From NCBI RefSeq assembly GCF_000315625.1, contig NW_005434625.1, positions 141,726 to 205,725 of the forward strand: 64,000 nucleotides of DNA, written 5' to 3'. Source of the stretch: Guillardia theta CCMP2712. Taxonomy: Eukaryota; Protista; Cryptophyta. Below, in pieces: positions 1-11,129 of the stretch (within the stretch, counting starts at the first letter, position 1; every line of letters starts with the position of its first letter). The translations under genes and the position numbers were made by a program. The notes below the pieces were generated by a model. It did no database searches, was not told the origin of the DNA, and saw nothing but the letters and a program-made list of their open reading frames with translations.

Positions 1-329
1 GCTCTTTCCATCCTTCCTGTGACGTACAGAGATCTTTTCAGACCTTCATATAATCCTCCACGGAAAACGAGGAAGTAGATGGAAACAGCAAGACCAAGCA
101 CGATGTGCAAAGATATGCTCTCGTTTGCTCGCAACGACCCCGGATATGTCCACTGCAACTTGAAGCCGTATCAGTACCATGTGTTTCACGTAGTTGGATG
201 CATCACCCTTACCCTCCTGCCCTCCTCCGTGCTATCCCTCTCTTAGCCGTTTCCTCCTGGCTATCCCTCTCTTCTCAGATACTTGCTCGTACTTCTTCAT
301 TGCCCTCTCGCTCTTTCCTGCTACCTTTT

Positions 330-525
330 CCTTCGCTCTCCTCCTCCCTCGCTCTCCTCCTCCCTCGCTCTCCTCCTCCCTCGCTCTTCTCCTCCCTCGC
401 TCTTCTCCTCCCTCGCTCTCCTCCTCCCTCGCTCTCCTCCTCCCTCGCTCTCCTCCTCCCTCGCTCTCCTCCTCCCTCGCTCTCCTCCTCCCTCGCTCTT
501 CTCCTCCCTCGCTCTCTCGCCCTCG
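330..525. repeat. 16-bp tandem repeat (CTCCTCCTCCCTCGCT)n
   Basis: About 11 near-identical units visible; these explain the overlapping low-complexity ORFs at 105-837. Confidence 0.9.
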
Positions 526-645
526 CTCTTCCTTCCTTCCACTTCTGGCTACTTGAGGCGACAGCCTGCGCCGCACGTGCCATTTCTGCTGGGATCCCCC
601 AGCACTTGAGTACTGCAAGTTTAGCTCAAATAAGTAAAGGCAGAG

Positions 646-730
646 GAGTAAAGGCAGATGAGTAAAGGCAGATGAGTAAAGGCAGATGAGTAAAGGCAGA
701 TGAGTAAAGGCAGATGAGTAAAGGCAGATA
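646..730. repeat. 14-bp tandem repeat (GAGTAAAGGCAGAT)n, ~6 units
   Basis: Directly visible in the sequence. Confidence 0.9.
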
Positions 731-1059
731 TCGGAGTCCTTGAAACCTCCGCCGGTGTCTTGCGGTTCTTCTGTTTTCACTGCTCGGCGAGGCTCCCGGC
801 GGGCCCCGGGCCCCGGGCCGGATCTTGCCTTAGTCACGCTGATGTGCTACTTGAACCGGCCCTCACTAAAAAAAAACCATGACCGTACTCCCCCCCCCCC
901 CCCAGAGTACCCCCACCCACTTGAGTATGTAAAGAGAAGTCTCGAATGGACGGGTACGAAAGTTAAATTGTTGATGTGCCTCACCACCACCCCTCTCTCT
1001 GCAACCACCTCTTTCCGTCTGCTGCCCCGACGCCCCAGCATCACCTCTTCTTCGCTCAG

Positions 1060-1851
1060 ATGCATGGCGATCACCTGCGATTGAACGAGGCTGCTTCCAT
1101 TGCTCTCGATTTGTATTCATCAACCCAACAGCTGGATCAATACGAAAGACCTGGACAAGATGAGATGAACAAGGCAGAGATAGAAACATTGCCGTTCGTA
1201 TCAGTATGGACCGAGGACGAGGCGGTCATGGATTATTCCTTGGATCACTTTTTAAATCCTCTTCCAGCAATTTCATCCGAGGAAGTGGGGCTCCAAGGCT
1301 CGTGCTCCTCGTCGGTCTGGTCCAGTCAGTCTGCAGAAACTTCAGCTGACATCTCTACGCAATCATCAACCATGTCAAGCTCCGGATGCTGGAGTGACGC
1401 CCGCCGAGCAAAGCATAGCATCTCCTGCCGCAGCAAGACTAAGCTCTCTATCGCCGAGAAGCTCGCAATCGTCAGCGACTTCGAGCTCAATCGCACCCCG
1501 CAGTCCGTCCTTGCTGCTCGCTTCGGAAAGAGCAAGTCTGCCATCTCCAAGATTCTGCGACCAGACAGCGTGGCGAGGCTGAGGTCGATAGAGAGGATGG
1601 GGGTCGAGGCGTCGCAGAGCAGCTGCGCGAGGTCGCACAACGAGGAACTCGAGCGCAGGCTGCACGAGTACGTGGAGGCCAACCAGCGGGAGTCGCAGTG
1701 GAGACTGGAAATACGCAGGAGGGCGGAGGAGGTGGGAAGGGAGCTTGGATTGCTGGGGTTTCACGCCACCAAGGGGTGGTGCGACCGGTTTATCAGGCGA
1801 CACGGGTTCGAGCAGAGAGGATGGGGACCGAAGGGACCCACTGCAACATGA
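1060..1851 (+). CDS. CENP-B/Tigger-type tandem HTH DNA-binding protein lacking the DDE domain
   Basis: Within ORF 976-1851: KLSIAEKLAIV...QSVLAARFGKSKSAISKIL (psq/CENP-B N HTH) and EELERRL...EIRRRAEEVGRELG...FHATKGWCDRFIRRHG (CENP-B/Tc5 HTH). Stop follows immediately. First ATG at 1060, preceded by a pyrimidine tract + CAG. Confidence 0.8.
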   Translation: MHGDHLRLNEAASIALDLYSSTQQLDQYERPGQDEMNKAEIETLPFVSVWTEDEAVMDYSLDHFLNPLPAISSEEVGLQGSCSSSVWSSQSAETSADISTQSSTMSSSGCWSDARRAKHSISCRSKTKLSIAEKLAIVSDFELNRTPQSVLAARFGKSKSAISKILRPDSVARLRSIERMGVEASQSSCARSHNEELERRLHEYVEANQRESQWRLEIRRRAEEVGRELGLLGFHATKGWCDRFIRRHGFEQRGWGPKGPTAT

Positions 1852-4307
1852 TAAGAGTCCTCAGCAGGTTGTAGACTTAGATGGTTTGCAAGTATTGAGC
1901 AAATCGAAGGAGAGGAGAAACAATGACATAAGAAGGAGGAACGAGGAGTATGAAGGCTGGAATGAAAGAGAAAAGTTGTGCTCCTTATACCTTACCTTGT
2001 CATCATTCGACAATTTGACGCTTGAGACGCTTGAGAGGGGAGACTAAGAGAAGAAGAGACGAGGGGAAGTAGACATCGGAGATAGAAATCCTTTGATAGC
2101 TCATCTGCCTGGCAGAGAGCAAAAGTCTGCAAGCAACAGGCAAGCACAAGGGAGCATAGAGAAAAGAGGGGAGAGACTCATAATAGAAACTCAAAAAGAG
2201 GGTAGCTTAGACAAAGATAAGCAGCACCACCAAGGTGTGAAGAAAGGAAAAATGTATATAGAGAGAGAAAGGGAGTTGGGAGAGGGAGAGAGAGAAGAAA
2301 AGAGAAGAAGAGATGGTAAGAGAGAGAGGGGAGGGAGAGAAGAGGAGAAGGAGAGAGAGAAAGAAAAGAGAAGAGAGAGGAGGAGGGGGGGGAGAGAGAG
2401 AGGAGGAGAGAGAGAGAGAGAGAAGAAGAAGAGAAGAAGAGAGGAGGAAGAGGAGAGAAGAGAGGAGAGAGAGACGAGGAGGNNNNNNNNNNNNNNNNNN
2501 NNNNNNNNNNNNNNNNNNNNNNNNNNNNNNNNNNNNNNNNNNNNNNNNNNNNNNNNNNNNNNNNNNNNNNNNNNNNNNNNNNNNNNNNNNNNNNNNNNNN
2601 NNNNNNNNNNNNNNNNNNNNNNNNNNNNNNNNNNNNNNNNNNNNNNNNNNNNNNNNNNNNNNNNNNNNNNNNNNNNNNNNNNNNNNNNNNNNNNNNNNNN
2701 NNNNNNNNNNNNNNNNNNNNNNNNNNNNNNNNNNNNNNNNNNNNNNNNNNNNNNNNNNNNNNNNNNNNNNNNNNNNNNNNNNNNNNNNNNNNNNNNNNNN
2801 NNNNNNNNNNNNNNNNNNNNNNNNNNNNNNNNNNNNNNNNNNNNNNNNNNNNNNNNNNNNNNNNNNNNNNNNNNNNNNNNNNNNNNNNNNNNNNNNNNNT
2901 CTTCTTCTCTCCTCCCTCCTCTCTCTCTCCTTCTCTTCTTCTCTCCCTCCCTCCTCTCTCTCTCCTTCTCTCGGAGAAAGGGCTGCCCGGGGGTCCGCCT
3001 GGGGCAGCGGACACATGGAGGCTGGGCGCATGCTGACGGTACCGCTCCACAGTCCTCTGCACTGTCCTCAGCAGGCGCAGCGGCAGCCCAGAGTTTTACT
3101 CGCAGAAGGTAAAAAGTGCCTCAAGCAGAACAAAGCAGGAACAAGCTAAACCTGCATGCGAGTAAACATTCTTCCGTACAGCGCCCGAGACCGAGACCGA
3201 CATTGACTTTGTTTTGCTTGAGGCACTTTTTACCTTCTGCCAGTAAATCCATTATCTCTATTGACGGCGACGACGCCGCAGCGTCAAAAGCAGTGCCGCG
3301 CCCAAGGATCCCGTCGGGGGGAAACAAGCAGGCGAGCTCGGACCAGCAGCAAGCACCCCAGTTGTGTCGAGCTCTCCGGAGGCATGAGAAGTCAAAGCGA
3401 TTGACGGAGAGGCTTCTCCAGTGCCACTCTTGATGCTTCCACCATCGGAGTCGGAGACCTCCGGCGAAGACTCCTCGGGCGACTCGACAAAGTCCGTATA
3501 AGCCCGGCCGCAGAGGTAACCCCGGAGCTCGACACCACTGGGGTGCTTGCTGCTGGTCCGAGCTCGCCTGCCCGGCTCCGATGCCGCACAGCCCCGGTCC
3601 TTGGGCATTGCTGCGGCGTCGCCGCCGTCACGGGCGGTGTTGGTCTCGGCTACCGCTGACTCGGAGGCTAGCGAGGAGGACTGGATGCGTCACCTCGAGC
3701 GGTACCGTCCGCGGCCGCCCGCTTTGTGGCGGCAGCGGACGTCTCGAAGCCTCCCTCCGTCCGCTGCCCCAGGCGGACCCCCGGGCAACGCCGGCTCCTT
3801 GTCGGCGGCTGCCCTTTCTCCGTCCGCGGCCGCCCGCTTTGTGGCGGCAGCGGACGTCTCGACTGACAGTGGTCAGTCGGCTGCCTCCGGGTATCGCGTG
3901 TAAGGGATTTTATTCCTCCTGCATGCTCCTGCTGCTTGTTGCTTGATTGCTTGACCCTTAGGCTGCTTGTCTGCGCGGCTTCGCGCTTGGGCTGGCGCTG
4001 CCGCGTCTGGGTGCCAGCAGTGCTGGTTCTTTTCGGGCTTGTGTTTTGTGTGTGATTGTGCAGCTTCTCGCTGTGGACTGTGTACCTGCCGGTTCAGCTT
4101 GTTCCTGCTTTGTTTTGCTTGAGGCACTTTTTATCTTCTGCCAGTAAATCCTATATACCGTCTCGACTGACAGTGGTCAGTCGGATAGGTAGCGGCGCGT
4201 TTGCAAGCCAAGACCTCAGCAGCACCACAAGAAGTGAAGTTTTACTCTCGCTGTGGAGGCACTTTTTACCTTCTGCGAGTAAAACTCGCACTAGTGAGGG
4301 AAGAGAA

Positions 4308-5142
4308 GATTTACTGGCAGAAGGTAAAAAGTGCCTCAAGCAGAACAAAGCAGGAACAAGCACAAGCCCGAAAAGAACCAGCACTGCTGGCACCCAGACG
4401 CGGCACCGCCAGCCCAAGCGCGAAGCCGCGCAGACAAGCAGCCGAAGGGTCAGGCAATCAAGCAACAAGCAGCAGGAGCATAAAATCCCTTAGACGCGAT
4501 ACCCGGAGGCAGCCGACTGACCACTGTCAGTCGAGACGTCCGCTGCCGCCACAAAGCGGGCGGCCGCGGACGGAGAAAGGGCAGCCGCCGACAAGGAGCC
4601 GGCGTTGCCCGGGGGTCCGCCTGGGGCAGCGGACGGAGGGAGGCTGGACACAGGAACACGGTACCGCTCGAGGTAGTCCCCCTCGCTAGCCTCCGAGTCA
4701 GCGGTAGCCGAGTCAGCGGTAGCCGCCCGTGACGGCGGCGACGCCGCAGCCGCATGCCCAAGGACCGGCGTGACCCGACCGATGCCGGGTAGGATGCATG
4801 CGAGCTCGGAATAGCAGCAAGCACCCCAGTGGTGTCGAGCTCTCCGGAGGCACCCGACGTCACAGTGAGGGACGGAGACGCCTCGCCAGCTCCGCGCCGG
4901 TCGTCGGCGCCACTCGACGTGTTTCCCCCATCGGAGTCGGAGGTCGGAGTGGGAGACCTCCGGCGAAGACTCCCCCTCGGGCGACTCGACAAAGTCCGAG
5001 GAGGAGCTGTCCTCTGGCTCGAGAAGTGCTTGCGCCCGCAAGGGCGTCATGCGCCTCGCACCAGACAAGAGCGCCTCCAGCGTCAGCTGCATAGTGAGGC
5101 GCTGATAGGTGGCGGCGCGTTTGCGAGCCAAGATTCTCAGCA
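4308..5142 (-). mobile_element. Longest near-contiguous 3' portion of the RLE retrotransposon (ORF end + 3' UTR with internal deletions + terminus)
   Basis: ORF 4490-5131 overlaps in sequence with the 6971-8050 ORF, ends SGYRV*, and continues into the UTR and the AGTAAATC terminus. Confidence 0.75.
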
Positions 5143-6931
5143 GAGATAGTGGATTTACTGGCAGAAGGTAAAAAGTGCCTCAAGCAAAACAAAGCAGGAA
5201 CAAGCTAAAGCAGCAGGGCCGTCATCAGGCACGAAGTGCCGACCAAACGCCGCATCGGAGAAAGGGCAGCCGCCGACAAGGAGCCGGCGTTGCCCGGNNN
5301 NNNNNNNNNNNNNNNNNNNNNNNNNNNNNNNNNNNNNNNNNNNNNNNNNNNNNNNNNNNNNNNNNNNNNNNNNNNNNNNNNNNNNNNNNNNNNNNNNNNN
5401 NNNNNNNNNNNNNNNNNNNNNNNNNNNNNNNNNNNNNNNNNNNNNNNNNNNNNNNNNNNNNNNNNNNNNNNNNNNNNNNNNNNNNNNNNNNNNNNNNNNN
5501 NNNNNNNNNNNNNNNNNNNNNNNNNNNNNNNNNCACCCGACGTCACAGTGAGGGACGGAGACGCCTCGCCAGCTCCGCGCCGATCGTCGGCGCCACTCGA
5601 CGTGTTTACCCGGAGGCAGCCGACTGACCACTGTCAGTCGAGACGTCCGCTGCCGCCACAGGCACACAACACACAGCGAGAAGCGCTGGCACCCAGACGC
5701 GGCAGCGCCAGCCCAAGCGCGAAGCGGTCAAGCAATCAAGCAACAAGCAGCAGGAGCATGCAGGAGGAATATAATCCCTTAGACGCGATACCCGGAGGCA
5801 GCCGACTGACCACTGTCAGTCGAATAGTGGATTTACTGGCAGAAGGTAAAAAGTGCCTAAGGGATTTTATTCCTCCTGCATGCTCCTGCTGCTTGTTGCT
5901 TGATTGCCTGACCCTTAGGCTGCTAATGCTTGTGTGCGCGGCTTCGCGCTTGGGCTGGCGGTGCCGCGTCTGGTTCTTTTCGGGCTTGTGTTTTGTGTGT
6001 GATTGTGCAGCTTCTCGCTGTGCGCTGTGTGCCAGGAGGTTTAGCTTGTTTCTGCTTTGTTTTGCTTGAGGCACTTTTTACCTTCTGCCAGTAAATCCAT
6101 TGCCCTCTATCTGTGTTTTATTCGCACAAGGTAAAAAGTGCCATAAGCAGAACAACAATGGAACAAAGTAGGACCACTTTGAGGCACTTTTTACCTTCTG
6201 CCAGTAAATCCTATACTTTCCGCTGCCTGGGGTGCTTGCTGCTGGTCCGAGCTCGCCTGCTTCCTCCCCGGCATCGGTCGGGTCACGCCGGTCCTTGGGC
6301 ATTGCTCAGCGGAGTCTTCGCCGGAGGTCTCCCACTCCGATGGGGGAAACACGTCGAGTGGCGCCGACGATCGGCGCGGAGCTGGCGAGGCGTCTCCGTC
6401 CCTCACTGTGACGTCGGGTGCCTCCGGAGAGCTCGACACCACTGGGGTGCTTGCTGCTGGTCCTGAGAGCTCGCCTGCTTCCTCCCCGGCATCGGTCGGG
6501 TCACGCCGGTCCTTGGGCATTGCTGCGGCGTCGCCGCCGTCACGGGCGGCTACCGCTGACTCGGCTACCGCTGACTCGGAGGCTAGCGAGGGGGACTACC
6601 TCGAGCGGTACCTGCCGGTTCAGCTTGTTCCTGCTTTGTTTTGCTTGAGGCACTTTTTATCTTCTGCCAGTAAATCCTCGCCGTGTTCCTGTGTCCAGCC
6701 TCCCTCCGTCCGCTGCCCCAGGCGGACCCCCGGGCAACGTCGGCTCCTTGTCGGCGGCTGCCCTTTCTCCGTCCGCGGCCGCCCGCTTTGTGGCGGCAGC
6801 GGACGTCTCTTTTTACCTTCTGCCAGTAAATCCTATCTCCATGTCTCGACTGACAGTGGTCAGTCGGCTGCCTCCAAGCCTCCGGGTATCGCGTCTAAGG
6901 GATTTGATTCCTCCTGCACTGCCAGTAAATC

Positions 6932-7983
6932 CTATACCTGCATGCGGCGATCCCACCTGCCCCGGCTGCTGTGCCTGATGACGCAGGACGCCCCCCGGCA
7001 TCTGTGGTTTGCGCGCTCTCGTCGACTCGTCTCATGAGCACTTCATTTTCTCCGCCTGCGCAGCGCAATGTGACCCCTCTTGTCATGCGCGTCTTCCCTC
7101 GCCATGTGCATGCTCGCGCTGCGCTGACCGATCAGCAGCGTGATATCCTCACCTTGCACAGCCGCAGGACACACTCGCTCAAGTCGCAGGATAGGGTCTT
7201 GCAGTCTACCATCTTCGCTCATTTTCCTGAGCGTGACCTGAGCCACTCTCCGATGCGAGTCTCGAGGTACTACCCTCGAGGGTCCGAGCAGTACGAGGGC
7301 TTGATGGCGGACGTGACGTTGGTCCACCCTTACATTGGTAGCTCTGCCGACCTGACCAAGTGGGGGGAGGTCAACCTCGACGCCCTCCATGTTGCAGCGT
7401 CTGAGAAGATTCGCAAACATCGCGCTGCATATGCCATGACTACTCCTCCTCGAGCGTTCATCCCTCTTGCCATCTCGACGGACGGTACCCTGCATCCTGA
7501 CACCCTCCGCTTCATCTGGTATCTCGCGGACATCATTGCTCAGCGCTCAATGCCTCTTGAGGATGCGGCGTTTGGTCGGCACTTCGTGCCTGATGACCGA
7601 CCTGCTGCTGAGGTCTTGGCTCGCAAACGCGCCGCCACCTATCAGCGCCTCACCATGCAGCTGACGCTGGAGGCGCTCTTGTCTGGTGCGAGGCGCATGA
7701 CGCCCTTGCGGGCGCAAGCACTTCTCGAGCCAGAGGACAGCTCCTCCTCGGACTTTGTCGAGTCGCCCGAGGGGGAGTCTTCGCCGGAGGTCTCCCACTC
7801 CGATGGGGGAAACACGTCGAGTGGCGCCGACGATCGGCGCGGAGCTGGCGAGGCGTCTCCGTCCCTCACTGTGACGTCGGGTGCCTCCGGAGAGCTCGAC
7901 ACCACTGGGGTGCTTGCTGCTTGTCCGAGCTCGCCTGCTTCCTCCCCGGCATCGGTCGGGTCACGCCGGTCCTTGGGCATTGC
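6932..7983 (+). pseudogene. C-terminal restriction-like endonuclease (PD-(D/E)XK) domain of a non-LTR retrotransposon ORF, truncated at both ends
   Basis: GLMADVTLVHP...AASEKIRKHRAAY...FIPLAISTDGTLHPDTLRFI matches the DVT/P...E.K..KY...F.P..ET.G pattern of CRE/R2-class RLEs. The natural C-terminus is seen in the minus-strand copy at 4490-5131. Confidence 0.75.
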
Positions 7984-10900
7984 CTTCCATTGGGTTCTCG
8001 ACTGGATTTGTTTGTACCAGGCTAGCCTGTTTGTACCGAGGTATAATTGAGTTTTACCGGGTTCAAGCCTCGGATTTTTGTATCAGGATCCCCTTTCCCC
8101 CTCCGTACTAAGTTTGTACTGTCAATGTCAGCAATTCCCGTGGGCTGGCAGTGCTCCCTCGACTATCACCTCTACACCACCGGTATGTTTCACAAGAGAT
8201 CATGTCAGGGTAGGTAGTCTGAGTAAATCCACTATTAGCCAGGCGAACCCCTCGGCAGCGCCCCTGGGGGCGGGCAATGGATTTACTGGCAGAAGGTAAA
8301 AAGTGCCTCAAGCAAAACAAAGCAGGAACAAGCTGAACCGGCAGGCACACAGTCCACAGCGAGAAGCTGCACAATCACACACAAAACACAAGCCCGAAAA
8401 GAACCAGGACTGCTGGCACCCGGTAGTCGCGGCAGCGCCGGGGCCAGCCAAAGCGCGAAGCCGCGCAGACAAGCAGCCTAAGAGATTCAATGGATTTACT
8501 GGCAGAAGGCCATCAAGCAACAAGCAGCAGGAGCATGCAGGAGGAATAAAATCCCTTAGACGCGATACCCGGAGGCAGCCCGCCCCGAGGGGCGGGTAAT
8601 GGATTTACAGGCAGAAGGTAAAAAGTGCCTCAAGCAAAACAAAGCAGAAACAAGCTAAACCTCCTGGCACACAGCGCACAGCGAGAAGCTGCACAATCAC
8701 ACACAAAACACAAGCCCGAAAAGAACCAGGACTGCTGGCACCCAGACGCGGCACCGCCAGCCAAAGCGCGAAGCCGCGCAGACAAGCATTCAATGGATTT
8801 ACTGGCAGAAGGCCATCAAGCAACAAGCAGCAGGAGCATGCAGGAGGAATAAAATCCCTTAGACGCGATACCCGGAGGCAGCCGACTGACCACTGTCGAG
8901 ACGTCCGCTGCCGCCACCGTGAAAGCGGGCGGCCGCGGACGGAGAAAGGGCAGCCGCCGACAAGGAGCCGGCGTTGCCCGGGGGTCCGCCTGGGGCAGCG
9001 GACGGAGGGAGGCTGGCGGGGACGCTTCCATTTTTTACCAGAAGGTAAAAAGTGCCTTAAACAAAAAAACAAAGCAAGAACAAGCTTAACCTGCATGCAC
9101 ACAGCGCACAGCGAGAAGCTGCACAAACACACACAACAAAACAAGACCAAAAGTAACGGATTTACTGACAGAAGGTAAAAAGTGCCTCAAGCAAAACAAA
9201 GCAGGAACAAGCTAAACCTCCTGGCACACAGCGCACAGCGAGAAGCTGCACAATCACACACTGCGTCCAGGAGGTTTAGCTTGTTCCTGCTTTGTTCTGC
9301 TTGAGGCACTTTTTACCTTCTGCCAGTAAATCCATTGTTACACACAAAACACAAGCCCGAAAAGAACCAGCACTGCTGGCACCCAGACGCGGCACCGCCA
9401 GCCCAAGCGCGAAGCCGCGCAGACAAGCAGCCTAAGGGTCAGGCAATCAAGCAACAAGCAGCAGGAGCATGCAGGAGGAAGAAAATCCCTTAGACGCGAT
9501 ACCCGGAGGCAGCCGACTGACCACTGGAGGAGGAGTAGATACAGTGTGGATCCTCGTTCTCGCCGGACTCCGGGACGGCAGGTACCCTCCCATCCTCATG
9601 GCCGCAAGAGCCTACAATGGATTTACTGGCAGAAGGTAAAAAGTGCCTCAAGCAAAACAAAGCAGAAACAAGCTAAACCTCCAGGCACACAGCGCACAGC
9701 GAGAAGCTGCACAATCACACACAAAACACAAGCCCGAAAAGCGGCACCGGCCAGCCCAAGCGCGAAGCCGCGCAGCCGTTGAACGAACTTCAGTGGCCAC
9801 AACCAGAAGCAGCAGCAGCAGCTGCTGCTTCTCCAGCCTGGCAGAGTGTTCAAGCCTGAGTATGGGGGGAGTCCCAGCGCCTGCCGCGATAGGCAGTCCG
9901 CCGTACTTGCCAGTCAGTGCCGCGAGCCGGGCCGCAGTGATCATATTGGCGGAGCCTCCGAGGGGCGAATCCGGCGAGTCACTGGCCGCCGAGCCCGGCG
10001 CCCGGCGCGGCCGGGCGCCCCCGGACTCCGAACCTGAGTGCGCGGCGGGAACATCGCCGCTAGCGGCTGTTTGCCGCCTGGTGTGTCACAAGTTTCGGAC
10101 AATGTCTCGTGCTGGTTCATATCAGGCAGGCTGCTGGCACGAGACAGTACAGGTGAACCGCATATCAAGTTGTGGCAAACACCGCACCGTCGGCACGGTG
10201 GCGGTGTGAACGGACTCGCGGGGACGGACCGACGGCCCGGGTTTCCGACTCGCCGAGTTCTCCGCCGCCGCTCTAAGTTCACCGTGCCAGTGATCGGACT
10301 GATTGCATTAGAGTCAACAAGCCGGGGCGACTCGTGACACCAACATCGGCCCCGCTGCTGCCCGGCCGCGACGCACTGTGCCGGGACCCGACTTTCCTGG
10401 CACCGTGCACTCAAGCAGTGACTCAGTGAGTCCGGCGCCGGCACTGCTGCTTGCTGCCAAGTTCTGCCGCCGGGCCCGGAGCTTTGGAGCGATTCATCTT
10501 TTTTGGGCCACGAGGAGTCCGGGGGGTTTAGGGTAGGGATACACTAGGAAATAGTGGGGTGGGTGAATTATTGTATCAGGTAGGGTCCTCAGCAAAGGAA
10601 AAGTACCGGTCCTCATCAGTCAATTTCAATGGAAATTGAACCCCAAGGGTGATTGACCCTGCAATAGCCACCCCTCTGATTCATGCTACCATCCTGGTGT
10701 CTACCCCTGAGGTGTCAGTACCCACCCGTACTATCCCTGCCTCTAATGCCACGCGGCACGCGCATGCAGACAGGGATTCAGTGAAGCCAACGGGGGAGAG
10801 GGGGGAGAAAGACTGAGGGAAAGATAGAGGGGTTGTATGAAGAGAGGACACGGATTGAGGGAGAGATAGTCGAGATGCTGTGAGATAACGTAAATGCCAG

Positions 10901-11129
10901 AAGGTTCAATGCGAGGGGTCGGGCAGATGCAGATACGAGCTATGGAGCTTTTATGTGCAGCAAGGGTGCTTCTGCACTCTTCAGAATTCCGAAAAAAGAA
11001 ATGTGTAGACGAAAACTAAGAATGGTATCCTCAATGAATCCCGCTATTTTGATTGGCATGTGTCATATATGTGTGGAAAAAAAGATAACACCTTTTATTC
11101 ACTGATTGAAATATGCACCTTCCAGGAAC

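Larger units (their letters stand above)
2972..9775. mobile_element. Nested/scrambled cluster of 5'-truncated RLE-type (CRE-like) non-LTR retrotransposon fragments
   Basis: About 20 copies of the terminus GCACTTTTTACCTTCTGCCAGTAAATCC on both strands, plus repeated pieces of the same ORF C-terminus (...SGYRV*) and a ~248-nt 3' UTR (e.g. 3904-4151). Contains an N-gap at 5298-5533. Confidence 0.8.

Noticed and set aside
105-837. Overlapping Ser/Leu/Pro- and Arg/Glu-rich ORFs
   Set aside because: Products of stop-free tandem repeats.
2093-3149. Long ORFs spanning N runs (also 5155-6069, 18408-19485, 51198-51881)
   Set aside because: Artefacts of assembly gaps and GA tracts.
8279-8335. GGATTTACTGGCAGAAG|GTAAAAAG as a spliced-leader RNA gene, or the reverse GCACTTTTTAC as U5 loop 1
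   Set aside because: The motif is contiguous with the element's 3' UTR and ORF stop on the other strand. There is no Sm site context, and U5 requires GCCTTTTAC in a conserved stem.
3091-9680. Recurrent ~28-55 bp motif as a CRISPR-like array
   Set aside because: Spacing is irregular, both orientations occur, the intervening DNA is itself repeated, there are no cas genes and the context is eukaryotic. The motif is the 3' end of a retrotransposon.
10527-10533. TTTAGGG telomere-like repeat
   Set aside because: Single unit; not an array.
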